A stretch of DNA of 64,000 bases from the NCBI GenBank assembly GCA_003251795.1, contig QKEI01000232.1, positions 1,533 to 65,532 on the forward strand, given 5' to 3'. Under the pieces are notes generated by a model. The model was given only the letters and a program-made list of their open reading frames with translations. It was not told the origin of the DNA and made no database searches. Every line of letters begins with the position of its first letter. Positions within the stretch are counted from its first letter, which is position 1. This stretch comes from Candidatus Muproteobacteria bacterium. GTDB taxonomy: Bacteria; Pseudomonadota; Gammaproteobacteria; Acidiferrobacterales; SPGG2. Made by a program: the position numbers and the translations under genes. Positions 11,905 through 23,219 of this stretch are shown piece by piece.

Positions 11905-13449
11905 CTACCAGGTGTGATTGGCCTTGAAGTCCGTGACGGCAGACTTTAACGCGGCCGCTATGTCGTCGCTGTAGTCGCGCTCACGGTTGATCTTGTCAAG
12001 TAACTCTGCGTGACTCGACTTCATATACGCATGCAAGGCGTCTTCGAAGGGGCGCACCTTGCTGACCTCTATGTCATCGAGAAAACCCTCGTTGGCGGCG
12101 AACAACGACACCGCCATCTGCGCGACCGTCATCGGTGCGTACTGCGGTTGCTTCATGACCTCGGTGATACGCTGCCCGCGCTCGATCTGCCGGCGTGTTG
12201 CTGCATCGAGCTCGGAGGCAAATTGCGAGAATGCGGCAAGCTCACGAAACTGCGCCAGTGCCAAGCGTACGCCGCCACCAAGACGTTTGATGATCTTGGT
12301 CTGCGCTGCGCCGCCTACACGCGACACGGAAAGCCCGGCGTTGATGGCGGGCCTAATACCGGCGTTGAAAAGATCCGTATCGAGATAGATCTGACCGTCG
12401 GTGATGGAAATCACGTTAGTCGGCACGAACGCCGACACGTCGCCCGCTTGCGTCTCAATGATTGGCAATGCCGTCAACGAACCGGTCTTGCCCTTGACCT
12501 TGCCATTGGTAATCTTGGCAACGTGCTCGGCATTGATACGCGCCGCGCGCTCCAGCAGGCGCGAGTGCAGATAGAAGATATCACCGGGGTAGGCCTCGCG
12601 CCCGGGTGGCCGGCGCAGCAGCAGCGAGATCTGGCGATAGGCCCACGCCTGCTTGGTCAGATCGTCGTAGATGATGAGTGCATCCTCGCCGCGATCACGG
12701 TAGTACTCGCCCATAGAGCAGCCGGCGTAGGGAGCAACATATTGCAATGCCGCCGACTCGGCGGCGGTGGCAGCGACGACAATGGTCCACTCCATGGCAC
12801 CGTGCTCCTCGAGCTTGCGCACCACGTTCGCCACAGACGAGGCCTTCTGGCCGATGGCCACATAGATACAGATAAGGTCTTGCCCCTTCTGGTTGATAAT
12901 CGTATCGAGCGCCAGCGCCGTCTTGCCGGTTTGGCGATCGCCGATGATGAGCTCGCGCTGACCGCGGCCGATCGGCACCATTGAATCGATCGATTTAAGT
13001 CCTGTCTGCACCGGCTGCGACACCGATTGTCGGGCAATCACGCCCGGGGCAATCTTCTCAAGCGGTGATGTCTCGCTGGTCTTGAGCGGGCCGCGGCCGT
13101 CGATGGGTCGCCCAAGCGCATCGACCACCCGACCAACGAGTGCCTCGCCGACCGGTACCTCTATGATGCGTCCGGTGCAGCTGACGCGATCACCTTCGGT
13201 GATATGTTGGTAATCGCCAATGATCACCGCGCCGACCGAATCGCGTTCCAAGTTGAGCGCGAGCCCATAGGTGTTGCCCGGGAACTCGATCATTTCGCCT
13301 TGCATGACGTCGGATAGGCCGTGGATGCGCGCGATACCGTCCGTCAGGGCGACAACGGTGCCTTCCGTGCGAGCCTCGGGCTTGGCCTCGAAGTGCTCAA
13401 TCTTTTGTTTTATCAGTTCGCTGATTTCTGACGATCGCAACTGTTGCAT
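11905..13449 (-). CDS. atpA: F1 ATP synthase subunit alpha
   Basis: 514 aa, with GDRQTGKT Walker A and conserved alpha-subunit blocks throughout. Confidence 0.98.
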   Translation of the reverse strand: MQQLRSSEISELIKQKIEHFEAKPEARTEGTVVALTDGIARIHGLSDVMQGEMIEFPGNTYGLALNLERDSVGAVIIGDYQHITEGDRVSCTGRIIEVPVGEALVGRVVDALGRPIDGRGPLKTSETSPLEKIAPGVIARQSVSQPVQTGLKSIDSMVPIGRGQRELIIGDRQTGKTALALDTIINQKGQDLICIYVAIGQKASSVANVVRKLEEHGAMEWTIVVAATAAESAALQYVAPYAGCSMGEYYRDRGEDALIIYDDLTKQAWAYRQISLLLRRPPGREAYPGDIFYLHSRLLERAARINAEHVAKITNGKVKGKTGSLTALPIIETQAGDVSAFVPTNVISITDGQIYLDTDLFNAGIRPAINAGLSVSRVGGAAQTKIIKRLGGGVRLALAQFRELAAFSQFASELDAATRRQIERGQRITEVMKQPQYAPMTVAQMAVSLFAANEGFLDDIEVSKVRPFEDALHAYMKSSHAELLDKINRERDYSDDIAAALKSAVTDFKANHTW

Positions 13450-13461
13450 GGTTGACTTCCC

Positions 13462-13998
13462 TTATTTGTTCAATTGTGCGGCCAGGTCACGCAAGTGGCC
13501 CGTGACTGAGCCGTCGATAACGAGATCGCCAGCGCGGATAACGACGCCGCCGATCAGCGACTTATCGATACTGGCATTGAGCTTGACCTCGCGGCCAAGC
13601 CTCTTCTTGACGGCCTGAACAATCTGCTTGATCTGCGCCGCGCTGAGCTCGAATGCAGCGCTGGCCTCAACCTCAATGATGCCCTCGGCATCGGCCCTGA
13701 GGCGCTCAAACTGGCCGGCGATAGCCGCCATCAACGTCAGCCGGCCATTCTCTACCAGTAGGCGCACGAAATTCTTGCCGTCATTCGTCAGACTGCTGCC
13801 GGCGATGTCGATCAATAATCCAGCGAGTCGCTCTGTGCTGACTCGCGGATCGCTCACGAGCTCGATGATGCGCTCATCGTTTGCGACATGCGCCAGCAAC
13901 CGTAGCACCTCGGACCACTGCCGCAGCTCCCCGCGGTCTCTGGCCAGGGTGAAAACCGCTTCGGCGTACGGTCGCGCGAGAGTTTCGAGCTCAGCCAT
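13462..13998 (-). CDS. atpH: F1 ATP synthase subunit delta (OSCP)
   Basis: 178 aa, ...LARPYAEAVFTLA... N-terminus. Its position between atpF and atpA supports the call. Confidence 0.93.
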   Translation of the reverse strand: MAELETLARPYAEAVFTLARDRGELRQWSEVLRLLAHVANDERIIELVSDPRVSTERLAGLLIDIAGSSLTNDGKNFVRLLVENGRLTLMAAIAGQFERLRADAEGIIEVEASAAFELSAAQIKQIVQAVKKRLGREVKLNASIDKSLIGGVVIRAGDLVIDGSVTGHLRDLAAQLNK

Positions 13999-14001
13999 GG
14001 C

Positions 14002-14472
14002 CTAAAGTTGCTTGATCGTGCCCTCGAGTAGCCGGGCATGTGCCTTGGCATCGACTTCCTTCTCGAGGATCTTGGAGGCGGCCGCGACGACCAGCTGCGC
14101 TACTGAGGCTCGCAGCTCCTCGCGTGCGCGGTTTCTCTCCTGCTCGATCTCGCTACCTGCCGCCGCGACGATGCGCTCGGCCTCGACCTTGGCACCGGCC
14201 TTCGCTTCGTCGACGATTTCCGCCGCGCGCCGCTCGGCATGGGCAATTATCTCCGATGCCTGAGTCTTGGCATCACGCAGGGCATCGCGCGCGTGTTTCT
14301 CTGCCAGCTCTAGGTCATGCTTGCCTTTCTCGGCAGCCGCCAGACCATCGGCTATACGCTTCTCGCGCTCCGCCATCAGGTTGGTGAGCGGCTCCCACAG
14401 GAAGCGCATGACGAACCATACAAGCAAGCCGAAGCTAAAAATCTGGACGATGAGTGTGACTGTGACGTTCAC
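14002..14472 (-). CDS. atpF: Fo ATP synthase subunit b
   Basis: 156 aa with a GTG start. An N-terminal TM helix (LIVQIFSFGLLVWFVMRFLW) is followed by a long charged Ala/Glu/Arg-rich helix. Confidence 0.93.
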   Translation of the reverse strand: MNVTVTLIVQIFSFGLLVWFVMRFLWEPLTNLMAEREKRIADGLAAAEKGKHDLELAEKHARDALRDAKTQASEIIAHAERRAAEIVDEAKAGAKVEAERIVAAAGSEIEQERNRAREELRASVAQLVVAAASKILEKEVDAKAHARLLEGTIKQL

Positions 14473-14505
14473 CGGAGCCCTCGCTATTTAAAGCAATGGA
14501 TCGCT

Positions 14506-14790
14506 CTAACCGCCGAGTGCTGCCCTTGCCGCACCCATGAAGGGATTGGCAAACACAAACCACATGGCGATACCCACGCCAATGATTGGAATGGCCTCGG
14601 CCAGACCGCCGAAGATGAACGTTTGCAGCATTAATACTGGGCGCATCTCCGGTTGGCGCGCAATGCCTTCGACGTATTTCGAGGCGATCACGCTCCAGCC
14701 GATAGCACCGCCAATCCCCGCCAGCCCGAGCAGAGCTCCCACACCGACTGCGGTATAGGCGTAGATCAAAGCGACCGAATCAGGACTCAT
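14506..14790 (-). CDS. atpE: Fo ATP synthase subunit c
   Basis: 94 aa hairpin proteolipid with the ARQP loop (GIARQPE) and a carboxylate in helix 2 (GLAEAIPII). Confidence 0.93.
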   Translation of the reverse strand: MSPDSVALIYAYTAVGVGALLGLAGIGGAIGWSVIASKYVEGIARQPEMRPVLMLQTFIFGGLAEAIPIIGVGIAMWFVFANPFMGAARAALGG

Positions 14791-14832
14791 TAGCCTTCTC
14801 CTCTTAGTTGCGAATTAGGTTCTGGAAACGAC

Positions 14833-16075
<1,243 letters not shown>

Positions 16076-16251
16076 TCACCCTAGTGTTTTTCGTTGCATG
16101 GACCCGCCGCGGGGCCTCATCGCCACAGAGGCGGCGAAGTATAAATGTCGACGTCTTTCGGGGTCAACCGGCGATCAACGAACGCGCCGCCAACAACACG
16201 CACAGGTGGCGCAGCATCAGCTCAAAAAAACACTATCGCAGTGACGGGGCC

Positions 16252-16587
16252 CTACTGGGTACGCGTGGGGGAATGAACCAACTGCGTGCTTTCTTGCTGT
16301 GCCTGCTCGATCTGGGCTTGGGTCATGCGGCTCATGAGCAAATCGCGGCGTTGAATCGCCTTCTCGTTGCCTTGTTTGGCAGCAAGCAGGTACCAGGCGA
16401 GCGCCGGCACGTTGTTACTCTGCATGTAGAATCCAAACTCATAGAGGATGCCCATTTCCAGCTGCGCTTCGGCGTTTCCGGACTCCGCGGCTTGGCGGAT
16501 GGCATCTGGCCGAGAGGTGCCCTGGGCCCAGGCGGGGGCCGCCAGTAACAGGCTGACAAGTGCGCTTAGCAGAATCCTTCTAATCAC
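16252..16587 (-). CDS. Secreted Sel1-repeat (TPR-like) protein
   Basis: Signal peptide VIRRILLSALVSLLLAAPAWAQG. Sel1 motif AESGNAEAQLEMGILYEFG...ALAWYLLAAKQGNEKA. GTG at 16587 has a GGGAGA RBS; the track start at 16626 is TTG. Confidence 0.6.
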   Translation of the reverse strand: MIRRILLSALVSLLLAAPAWAQGTSRPDAIRQAAESGNAEAQLEMGILYEFGFYMQSNNVPALAWYLLAAKQGNEKAIQRRDLLMSRMTQAQIEQAQQESTQLVHSPTRTQ

Positions 16588-16704
16588 CCAGTTTCTCCCA
16601 TCAAGCTCCCCGCGACCGGGCCGCAAGGGATTTCAGAGGCTTACAGCATACCTATATTTATAGGCGGCAAATGTCCCGAGTGCCACACCCCCGGGGGCTT
16701 CACG

Positions 16705-17556
16705 CTAACGAATCCGATCCAGGATCCCCTGCAGCTGCTCCAGGCTGCCATAGTCGATGGTGAGTTTGCCGCCGCCGGTGCGTTTGTGCGCGATGCGCAC
16801 CTTGGCGCCGAGGCGCTCAGACAACTCCTCCTGCAAAGCACGCACATCGGCGTCGGGCGACGGTCGTGGCGTCTTGCGCCCAGGCTGTCGCAAGCGCCGG
16901 CGCACCAATGCTTCCGTGGCGCGCACCGACAAGCCTTGCTGGGCCACCTGGCGCGCGACCTGGCTTTGCGCCGGCCCCGACAAGGCCAACAGCGCCCGGG
17001 CGTGCCCCATATCGATCTTGCCCTGCTCCAGCAGCTGGCGCACATCCTCATTGAGCGTTAACAAGCGCAACAGGTTCGTGACCGCGGCACGCGAGCGGCC
17101 GACACGCTCGGCGGTCTGCTGGTGGGTCATGCTGAACTCATCGATTAAGCGCTGTAGCGCACCAGCCTCTTCCAAGGGGTTCAGGTCTTCACGCTGGATA
17201 TTCTCGATCAGCGCAATGGCGATCGCGACTTCGTCTGGCACCTTGCGTACCGTTGCCGGCACCGTTTCCAGGCCGGCCATCTGCGCGGCACGCCAGCGGC
17301 GCTCCCCGGCGATAATTTCGTAGTTGCCAGTGTCCAGCTCGCGCACAATAATCGGCTGCACGACACCCTGGGCGCGTATTGAGTCTGCCAGTTCCGCCAG
17401 CGCTTGCTTGTCCATGCGTGTGCGTGGCTGGTACCTGCCGCGCTGTAGCAGATCGATAGGAATATGACGCAGATTGTCCCGTGCCGCGGTTGCTTTGAAA
17501 GTCGCATCCAGCAGGGCATCGAGTCCGCGACCCAGACGCGGTTTCTTGGTGCTCAT
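16705..17556 (-). CDS. parB: Chromosome partitioning protein ParB
   Basis: The LGRGLDALL N-terminal box, the GERRWRAA ParB box and an HTH are present. ATG at 17556 gives 283 aa; the longer track ORF would overlap parA. Confidence 0.93.
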   Translation of the reverse strand: MSTKKPRLGRGLDALLDATFKATAARDNLRHIPIDLLQRGRYQPRTRMDKQALAELADSIRAQGVVQPIIVRELDTGNYEIIAGERRWRAAQMAGLETVPATVRKVPDEVAIAIALIENIQREDLNPLEEAGALQRLIDEFSMTHQQTAERVGRSRAAVTNLLRLLTLNEDVRQLLEQGKIDMGHARALLALSGPAQSQVARQVAQQGLSVRATEALVRRRLRQPGRKTPRPSPDADVRALQEELSERLGAKVRIAHKRTGGGKLTIDYGSLEQLQGILDRIR

Positions 17557-17569
17557 GCGTTCCCTCTCA

Positions 17570-18340
17570 TCATGCCGCCTCATCTCTACGTAGTATCTCG
17601 CCCGCGAGCGCGAGATAAGCCTGTGCACCCTTGGACTGCAAGTCGTAGCTGATCACCGGTTTGCCATAACTCGGGGCCTCAGCCAAGCGCACATTACGCG
17701 GGATGATGGTGCGATAAAGCACGTCGCCAAAATGTTGCTTGAGCTGCGCTGACACTTCATTGTCGAGGTTGTTACGCGGATCGAACATGGTTCGCAAGAG
17801 TCCTTCGATCTTCAGCCGTGGGTTCAGCGACTGACGAATCTTGTCGATAATCCCGAGCAGCGCCGTTAGGCCCTCCAATGCATAGTACTCGCACTGCATG
17901 GGGATCATAACCGCATCGGCAGCTACCAGGGCATTAACCGTGAGCAAATTCAGCGCCGGCGGGCAGTCGATTAACACATAATCGTACTCCCCGGCAACCG
18001 CCACGAGCGCCTCCTGCAAACGCCGCTCACGGCGTTCCAGCTCGATCAGCTCCACTTGCGCACCGGACAGCTGGTCGTTTGCTGGCACTAGATCGTAACC
18101 AGCGCCGGCCGTGACGCGCGCGTCGGCGATAGTGGCATCGCCGATCAACACCTCGTAGGTACTGCAGGTGAGCGCTTGCTTGTTGATACCGCTGCCCATG
18201 GTCGCGTTGCCCTGCGGATCCATATCGATCAGCATCACACGCCGTCGCGTCTTCACCAACGAAGCGCCCAAATTGATACTGGTGGTGGTCTTACCCACGC
18301 CGCCCTTTTGGTTGGCAACAGCGATTATGCGACTCATCAT
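17570..18340 (-). CDS. parA: Chromosome partitioning ATPase ParA (Soj)
   Basis: Deviant Walker A IIAVANQKGGVGKTT. The track start (18349) is TTG; ATG at 18340 or 18337 is more likely. Confidence 0.93.
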   Translation of the reverse strand: MMSRIIAVANQKGGVGKTTTSINLGASLVKTRRRVMLIDMDPQGNATMGSGINKQALTCSTYEVLIGDATIADARVTAGAGYDLVPANDQLSGAQVELIELERRERRLQEALVAVAGEYDYVLIDCPPALNLLTVNALVAADAVMIPMQCEYYALEGLTALLGIIDKIRQSLNPRLKIEGLLRTMFDPRNNLDNEVSAQLKQHFGDVLYRTIIPRNVRLAEAPSYGKPVISYDLQSKGAQAYLALAGEILRRDEAA

Positions 18341-18345
18341 CCGTG

Positions 18346-18972
18346 TCAATCGCGCGGCTCGATATGAACCAAGTGACGCCTGGCCTTGAGTCCGGGCACT
18401 CGCAGGGGCACCACCTGCACAATTTCATATCCGCCAGGCATCTCAGCCAACTCCTCGGTCGGAAACACACCCTTCATGATTAACACCCGGCCACCGTGCG
18501 TACACAACGCGCGTGCCATTGTTAGTATCTCCTTAATCGACGCCAACGCGCGCGTTACCACGGTATTAAAGCGCGTTGTGGGCGTGTACTGTTGCGTCCT
18601 TTGGCAAACTACAGCGACATTTTGCAGATCCAGCTCTGTCACCACTTGTCGTACAAACTGCACTTTCTTGGCGCTGCTGTCGAGCAGCACGAACCCCATA
18701 TCCGGCAGGGCGAGCGCCAGGGGGATACCGGGTAAACCGGCACCCGTACCGATATCGAGCACACGTGGTCCTGCAACGAAGGGTATGATCGCAAAACTAT
18801 CGAGCAGATGACGCGTCACCATCTCGCGCGGGTCGCGCACGCCGGTGAGATTATAAACCCGATTCCACTTCTCCAGCAGTGTCAGATAGGCGAGCGCCTT
18901 CGCTTGGACGCTCGCCGGCAGCTCGAGACCAAGCTCGTGCAAACCTGCGGGTAGTTGCTCGGCGCGCTGCAA
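18346..18972 (-). CDS. rsmG: 16S rRNA (guanine527-N7)-methyltransferase
   Basis: 208 aa. It has ...LLEKWNRVYNLTGVRDPREMVTRHLLDS... and the SAM motif DIGTGAGLPGIPLA. The start is TTG. Confidence 0.9.
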   Translation of the reverse strand: MQRAEQLPAGLHELGLELPASVQAKALAYLTLLEKWNRVYNLTGVRDPREMVTRHLLDSFAIIPFVAGPRVLDIGTGAGLPGIPLALALPDMGFVLLDSSAKKVQFVRQVVTELDLQNVAVVCQRTQQYTPTTRFNTVVTRALASIKEILTMARALCTHGGRVLIMKGVFPTEELAEMPGGYEIVQVVPLRVPGLKARRHLVHIEPRD

Positions 18973-18977
18973 GGCTC

Positions 18978-19433
18978 CTATGGGCGGGTGGCCGCGGCGG
19001 TGAAATTTTTCAGCGCTCCGGTCATCTTGCCGATGACCGCCGCGCGATCCTCAATACGATAACGTCCGGCGATAGTGGCCGCGGCAGTGTAACCCAGCCA
19101 GACCTCGCCGTCCGCATCTTCCCACGCGAGCGCCTTCATTGGCAGGTCGAGCCCGACCATCGGGTTGCTCTCCAACAGCGGGCTGCCGAGCTTTGGGTTG
19201 CCAAATATGAGCAGTTGTACCGGTCGCAGCGCGACGCCCACACGCTGAGCGTTACCAGCATGATCGATGCGCGCGAAGACCGTTACACCCTTTGCACGCA
19301 AGGACGCCTCCAGCCGATTGATCGTCTCATTGACATCGTGCGCGCTGCGCGTGACCACGAAACTACCGGCGCCGGCCAACGGTGTCTGTAAAACGAGCGC
19401 CAAGAGCAACACGATGGACGCGCTCAACTTCAT
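18978..19433 (-). CDS. DUF302 domain protein with signal peptide
   Basis: MKLSASIVLLLALVLQTPLAGAG signal peptide after a GGGAGG-type RBS. The core ...GVTVFARIDHAG...LLIFGNPKLGSPLL...GLDLPMKALAWED... is DUF302-like. Confidence 0.65.
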   Translation of the reverse strand: MKLSASIVLLLALVLQTPLAGAGSFVVTRSAHDVNETINRLEASLRAKGVTVFARIDHAGNAQRVGVALRPVQLLIFGNPKLGSPLLESNPMVGLDLPMKALAWEDADGEVWLGYTAAATIAGRYRIEDRAAVIGKMTGALKNFTAAATRP

Positions 19434-19629
19434 ACCTGCCTCCCTTTCTCCCTGCTGGTTGAAAGACTTACCGAAAGGACAAAGTTTAGCGTGGGCCGGC
19501 ATTTCGTCTCACAATTTCGACCTTTCGTCGGCTCGCAGACCACGAGCCCGCGAGCGAGATATAAAGTCCGTACTGCCCCCCGGCGATTCGTCGGCACAGG
19601 GCAATGGATGATTTTACCAGGAGGGCATC

Positions 19630-20241
19630 ATGAAGTTGGCAACCATAGCGCTCACGAGCGTCTTGATCGTCTTGCCGTCACAGGCGGCGGAACCTACGCA
19701 AACCGCGGCCACGGATGAGTCGATGCAAAGGAACACCGGTCAACCCACCGAGTCGATGCAGAGCAACACCGGTCAACCCACCGAGTCGATGCAGAGCAAT
19801 GTCAGTCAACCCGCCGGTTGGATCGCCCGTGCGGGCTTAACTAGCGCCATCCAGGACCGAGAGCCCGTCGACAGCGTGACCAGCCTCAACAACGACAGCA
19901 CCTCGCTCTACTATTTCACCGAGGTTCGCGACATGGCCGGACAGACGGTCACACATCGCTGGGAGTACAACGGCAAAGTAATGGCCGAGGTCGAGTTCCA
20001 GATCGGCGGGTCGCGCTGGCGCGTCTACTCGAGCAAAAGCCTGCAACCCGAGTGGACCGGTGACTGGAAGGTGTCGGTATTGGATGCCGCGGGTAATCCG
20101 CTGAGTGTCAACACCTTCGCTTACACCGAGGCCCCTGCCAGTGCGAGCACGAGCAGCGATATGCCTACGGGCACAAGCAGCGACATGCCTGCTACGGGTA
20201 GCGACATGCCTGCGGGCACGAGCAGCCCTACACAGCAGTAA
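19630..20241 (+). CDS. Secreted repeat-containing protein of unknown function
   Basis: Signal peptide MKLATIALTSVLIVLPSQAA, then 3 x 11-aa repeat ESMQ(R/S)N(T/V)(G/S)QP(T/A), a beta-rich core (RWEYNGKVMAEVEFQIGGSRWRVYS...) and a C-terminal SSDMP(T/A)G repeat tail. Confidence 0.6.
   Translation: MKLATIALTSVLIVLPSQAAEPTQTAATDESMQRNTGQPTESMQSNTGQPTESMQSNVSQPAGWIARAGLTSAIQDREPVDSVTSLNNDSTSLYYFTEVRDMAGQTVTHRWEYNGKVMAEVEFQIGGSRWRVYSSKSLQPEWTGDWKVSVLDAAGNPLSVNTFAYTEAPASASTSSDMPTGTSSDMPATGSDMPAGTSSPTQQ
19717..19815 (+). repeat. 3 x 33-bp in-frame tandem repeat
   Basis: Units 19717-19749, 19750-19782 and 19783-19815 (gagtcgatgca[ag]ag[gc]aa...caaccc[ag]cc). Units 1 and 2 differ at 2 positions. Confidence 0.9.
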
Positions 20242-20253
20242 GTGCGTGGCCCT

Positions 20254-22128
20254 TCAGGCGCGCTTGCGCTTGAGGTGCACCAACAGCAGGGAAATAGCGG
20301 CAGGTGTCACGCCCGAGATGCGTGACGCCTGTCCCAGTGTCGTCGGTTTGAACATACTGAGCTTCTGCCGTACTTCCGTAGACAGCCCGCGCACGCTGCC
20401 ATAATCCATGTCAGGCGATAGCGCCGTTTGTTCGTGGCGCAATTGCTGCTCAATCTCACGTGCCTGGCGCTCGATGTAACCCGCGTATCTGGCCTCGATC
20501 ATAAGCTGCTCGGCGACCGCGGGCTCAACGGGCGGTGCCGCGCTATCCACCAGATTCAGCACCTGCTGGTAGCTTGCTTCCGGTCGTCGCAAAAGCTCGA
20601 GCAATGTCACCGTCCGCGTGAGCGGCGCCCCTAGCAGGCGTATCGCCTGCTCCGGTGCTACCGACTCCGGACTCACCCAGGTGCTCGCCAAACGTTCCCG
20701 CTCGCGCAGCAACGCTTCGCGTTTGCCGCAAAAGTGTCGCCAACGAGCATCATCGACCAGGCCAAGTCGCCGGCCAACCTCGGTAAGACGCAGATCGGCG
20801 TTATCTTCCCGCAGCAACAAGCGATGCTCGGCGCGCGAGGTGAACATACGGTACGGCTCATTAGTACCGCGGGTGACGAGATCATCGATGAGCACACCAA
20901 TGTAGGCCTGGTCGCGCCGCGGCCACCACGGTTCCGCCTGCTGCACGTGCCGCGCCGCGTTGATGCCCGCTACCAGACCCTGCGCCGCGGCTTCTTCGTA
21001 GCCAGTGGTGCCGTTGATTTGGCCGGCGAAGAACAGGCCGTCGATCGCCTTGGTCTCCAACGTGCTCTTCAGACCGCGCGGGTCGAAGTAGTCGTACTCG
21101 ATAGCATATCCCGGACGCGTGATGTGAGCCTGCTCGAAGCCGCGGATCGAGCGCACCAAGGCATGCTGTACATCAAACGGCAGACTGGTGGAAATGCCAT
21201 TGGGATAGACCTCGCGCGTGCCGAGCCCCTCGGGCTCGACAAAAATCTGATGCGAGCTCTTCTCGGCAAAGCGAACCACCTTGTCCTCGATCGACGGGCA
21301 GTAGCGTGGACCGGTACCTTCGATCACGCCGGTGTACAACGGCGAGCGCGCGAGCCCGCCGCGGATAAGCTCGTGGGTGCGTTCATTGGTGCAGGTGATG
21401 TGACATGACACCTGCTGCGGGTGTTCTTGCGTTGAGCCGAGGTAGGAAAAAACCGGTGTCGGCATGTCGCCCGGTTGCTGCTCCATCACGGCATAATCGA
21501 TGCTGTCGCCATCGATGCGCGGAGGTGTGCCGGTCTTCAAACGACCCACCGCTAACGGCAGCTCGCGCAGCCGTGCCGCCAGCGCGTTGGCCGGCGGGTC
21601 GCCCGCGCGTCCGCCTTGATAGTTGGACAATCCAATATGGATGCGTCCGCCAAGGAACGTGCCGGTGGTGAGCACTACTGCGCGCGCACGAAACCGCATT
21701 CCCATTTGCGTGACCACGCCGACGACGCGTTCATCCTCGAGCAACAGGTCCTCGACCGCTTGCTGAAACAGCGCAAGTCCCGCCTGCTCCTCAAGCAAGC
21801 GGCGTACGGCAGTCTTGTACAGTACCCGGTCGGCCTGTGCTCGCGTCGCCCGTACCGCCGGTCCCTTACGCGAATTCAGCACACGAAAATGGATACCCGC
21901 GCGATCGATGGCGCGTGCCATAATGCCGCCCATGGCATCGATCTCCTTTACCAGATGTCCTTTGCCGATACCGCCGATCGCGGGATTGCACGACATCTGG
22001 CCGATGGTTTCGATACTCTGGGTGAGCAGCAGCGTTCTGCACCCCATGCGGGCCGCAGCCGCGGCGGCCTCGGTGCCGGCATGGCCGGCGCCAATGACGA
22101 TCACATCATAGGATTCAGGGTGGTACAT
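20254..22128 (-). CDS. mnmG: tRNA uridine 5-carboxymethylaminomethyl modification enzyme MnmG (GidA)
   Basis: 624 aa, with FAD motif [15 protein letters not shown] and conserved GidA blocks throughout. Confidence 0.97.
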   Translation of the reverse strand: MYHPESYDVIVIGAGHAGTEAAAAAARMGCRTLLLTQSIETIGQMSCNPAIGGIGKGHLVKEIDAMGGIMARAIDRAGIHFRVLNSRKGPAVRATRAQADRVLYKTAVRRLLEEQAGLALFQQAVEDLLLEDERVVGVVTQMGMRFRARAVVLTTGTFLGGRIHIGLSNYQGGRAGDPPANALAARLRELPLAVGRLKTGTPPRIDGDSIDYAVMEQQPGDMPTPVFSYLGSTQEHPQQVSCHITCTNERTHELIRGGLARSPLYTGVIEGTGPRYCPSIEDKVVRFAEKSSHQIFVEPEGLGTREVYPNGISTSLPFDVQHALVRSIRGFEQAHITRPGYAIEYDYFDPRGLKSTLETKAIDGLFFAGQINGTTGYEEAAAQGLVAGINAARHVQQAEPWWPRRDQAYIGVLIDDLVTRGTNEPYRMFTSRAEHRLLLREDNADLRLTEVGRRLGLVDDARWRHFCGKREALLRERERLASTWVSPESVAPEQAIRLLGAPLTRTVTLLELLRRPEASYQQVLNLVDSAAPPVEPAVAEQLMIEARYAGYIERQAREIEQQLRHEQTALSPDMDYGSVRGLSTEVRQKLSMFKPTTLGQASRISGVTPAAISLLLVHLKRKRA

Positions 22129-22268
22129 GTAGCTATCTCGCGGGCGCGCATCATATCACCATCATGCAGCGCTAACGACCGCGACGCTGTGACGCGGCGG
22201 CCCTTATTGACTATAAGTAGTAGGGTATCAAACTGTAGCCGTCACCCTACGAGCCCGCGCCAATAACC

Positions 22269-23219
22269 ATGAGTTATGTACCAGAAATCCGGCCAACCCC
22301 TGCCTCAGCAAACCTAGAGACGGTCGTCGCCCGGGTCGGCGAGGTGGTGCTCGGCAAGGAACCGCAGGTGCGCCTAGCCTTGGCCTGCCTTTTGGCCCGT
22401 GGCCATCTGCTGATCGAAGATCTGCCCGGCGTTGGCAAGACCACCTTGGCGCATGTATTAGCGCGTGCCCTTGGGCTCGATTTCAGCCGCATCCAGTTTA
22501 CCAGCGACCTGCTACCGGCCGATATTTTGGGTGTTTCCGTGTACCAGACGCAAACACGCGACTTTCATTTTCATCCGGGGCCGATCTTTGCCCAGTTGGT
22601 CCTGGCGGATGAGATCAATCGTGCCACGCCGAAGACGCAAAGTGCGTTGCTCGAAGCCATGGAAGAGCGCCAAGTCACGGCCGATGGTGTTACCCAAAAG
22701 CTGCCTGCCCCGTTCTTCGTTATCGCAACGCAGAACCCTCTGCACCTTATCGGCACCTTTCCCCTTCCAGAATCACAGCTCGATCGCTTTCTCATGCGTA
22801 TTGATATGGGCTATCCGGACCGGCAGGCAGAACGTGCGTTGCTCAAAGGTCGCGATCGTCGCGAATTGCTAAACGATATGGCGCCTGTGATCAACGGCGA
22901 CGTGCTGCTGTCTTGGCAAAAGCGAGTGGGGCACGTGCACTGCAGCGACGCGTTGCTAGATTACGTGCAGGACGTGCTCGAGGCCACGCGCGCATCAACG
23001 CAATTCACCAACGGTTTGTCGCCGCGCGCCGGCCTGGCTCTGATGCATGCCGCACAGGCATGGGCCTTGCTGGAGGGGCGCGACATGGTATTGCCAGAAG
23101 ACGTACAGGCCGTGGCGCCAAGCGTGATCGCACATCGCTTGCGCCCCGCGGAGGGCAGCAGCGAGCAGTCGGTCGAGGCCAAGATCAAACAGCTGCTCGA
23201 GTCCGTCGCTATCCCCTGA
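22269..23219 (+). CDS. MoxR-family AAA+ ATPase
   Basis: 316 aa. Walker A GVGKTT, Walker B LADEINR and the typical MoxR spacing are present. Confidence 0.9.
   Translation: MSYVPEIRPTPASANLETVVARVGEVVLGKEPQVRLALACLLARGHLLIEDLPGVGKTTLAHVLARALGLDFSRIQFTSDLLPADILGVSVYQTQTRDFHFHPGPIFAQLVLADEINRATPKTQSALLEAMEERQVTADGVTQKLPAPFFVIATQNPLHLIGTFPLPESQLDRFLMRIDMGYPDRQAERALLKGRDRRELLNDMAPVINGDVLLSWQKRVGHVHCSDALLDYVQDVLEATRASTQFTNGLSPRAGLALMHAAQAWALLEGRDMVLPEDVQAVAPSVIAHRLRPAEGSSEQSVEAKIKQLLESVAIP

Noticed and set aside
12010-12984. Long ORFs antisense to, or in alternative frames of, clearly assigned genes. Examples: 12010-12984 in atpA, 14836-15522 in atpB, 20734-21408 and 21616-22266 in mnmG, and 38877-39830 in ahcY. 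Others are 42760-43401 in the lpxL-like gene, 45423-45989 in the ExbD-like gene, 53233-53874 in ntrX and 55544-56197 in ntrY.
   Set aside because: These are typical stop-codon-poor shadow frames of high-GC DNA. Their translations are Arg/Ala/Pro-rich low-complexity sequences with no motifs, and each is fully covered by a strongly supported gene.
16651-16664. AT-rich inverted repeat CCTATA-TT-TATAGG, with the nearby CCCCCGGGGG palindrome, between parB and the Sel1-repeat gene.
   Set aside because: The arms are short (6 bp). This is probably just part of the parB terminator and the Sel1-gene promoter, and I cannot support a specific operator call.
22129-22268. The mnmG-moxR divergent spacer as an E. 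coli-style oriC (next to gidA).
   Set aside because: It is only 140 bp, is not AT-rich, and I found no DnaA-box-like 9-mers there.
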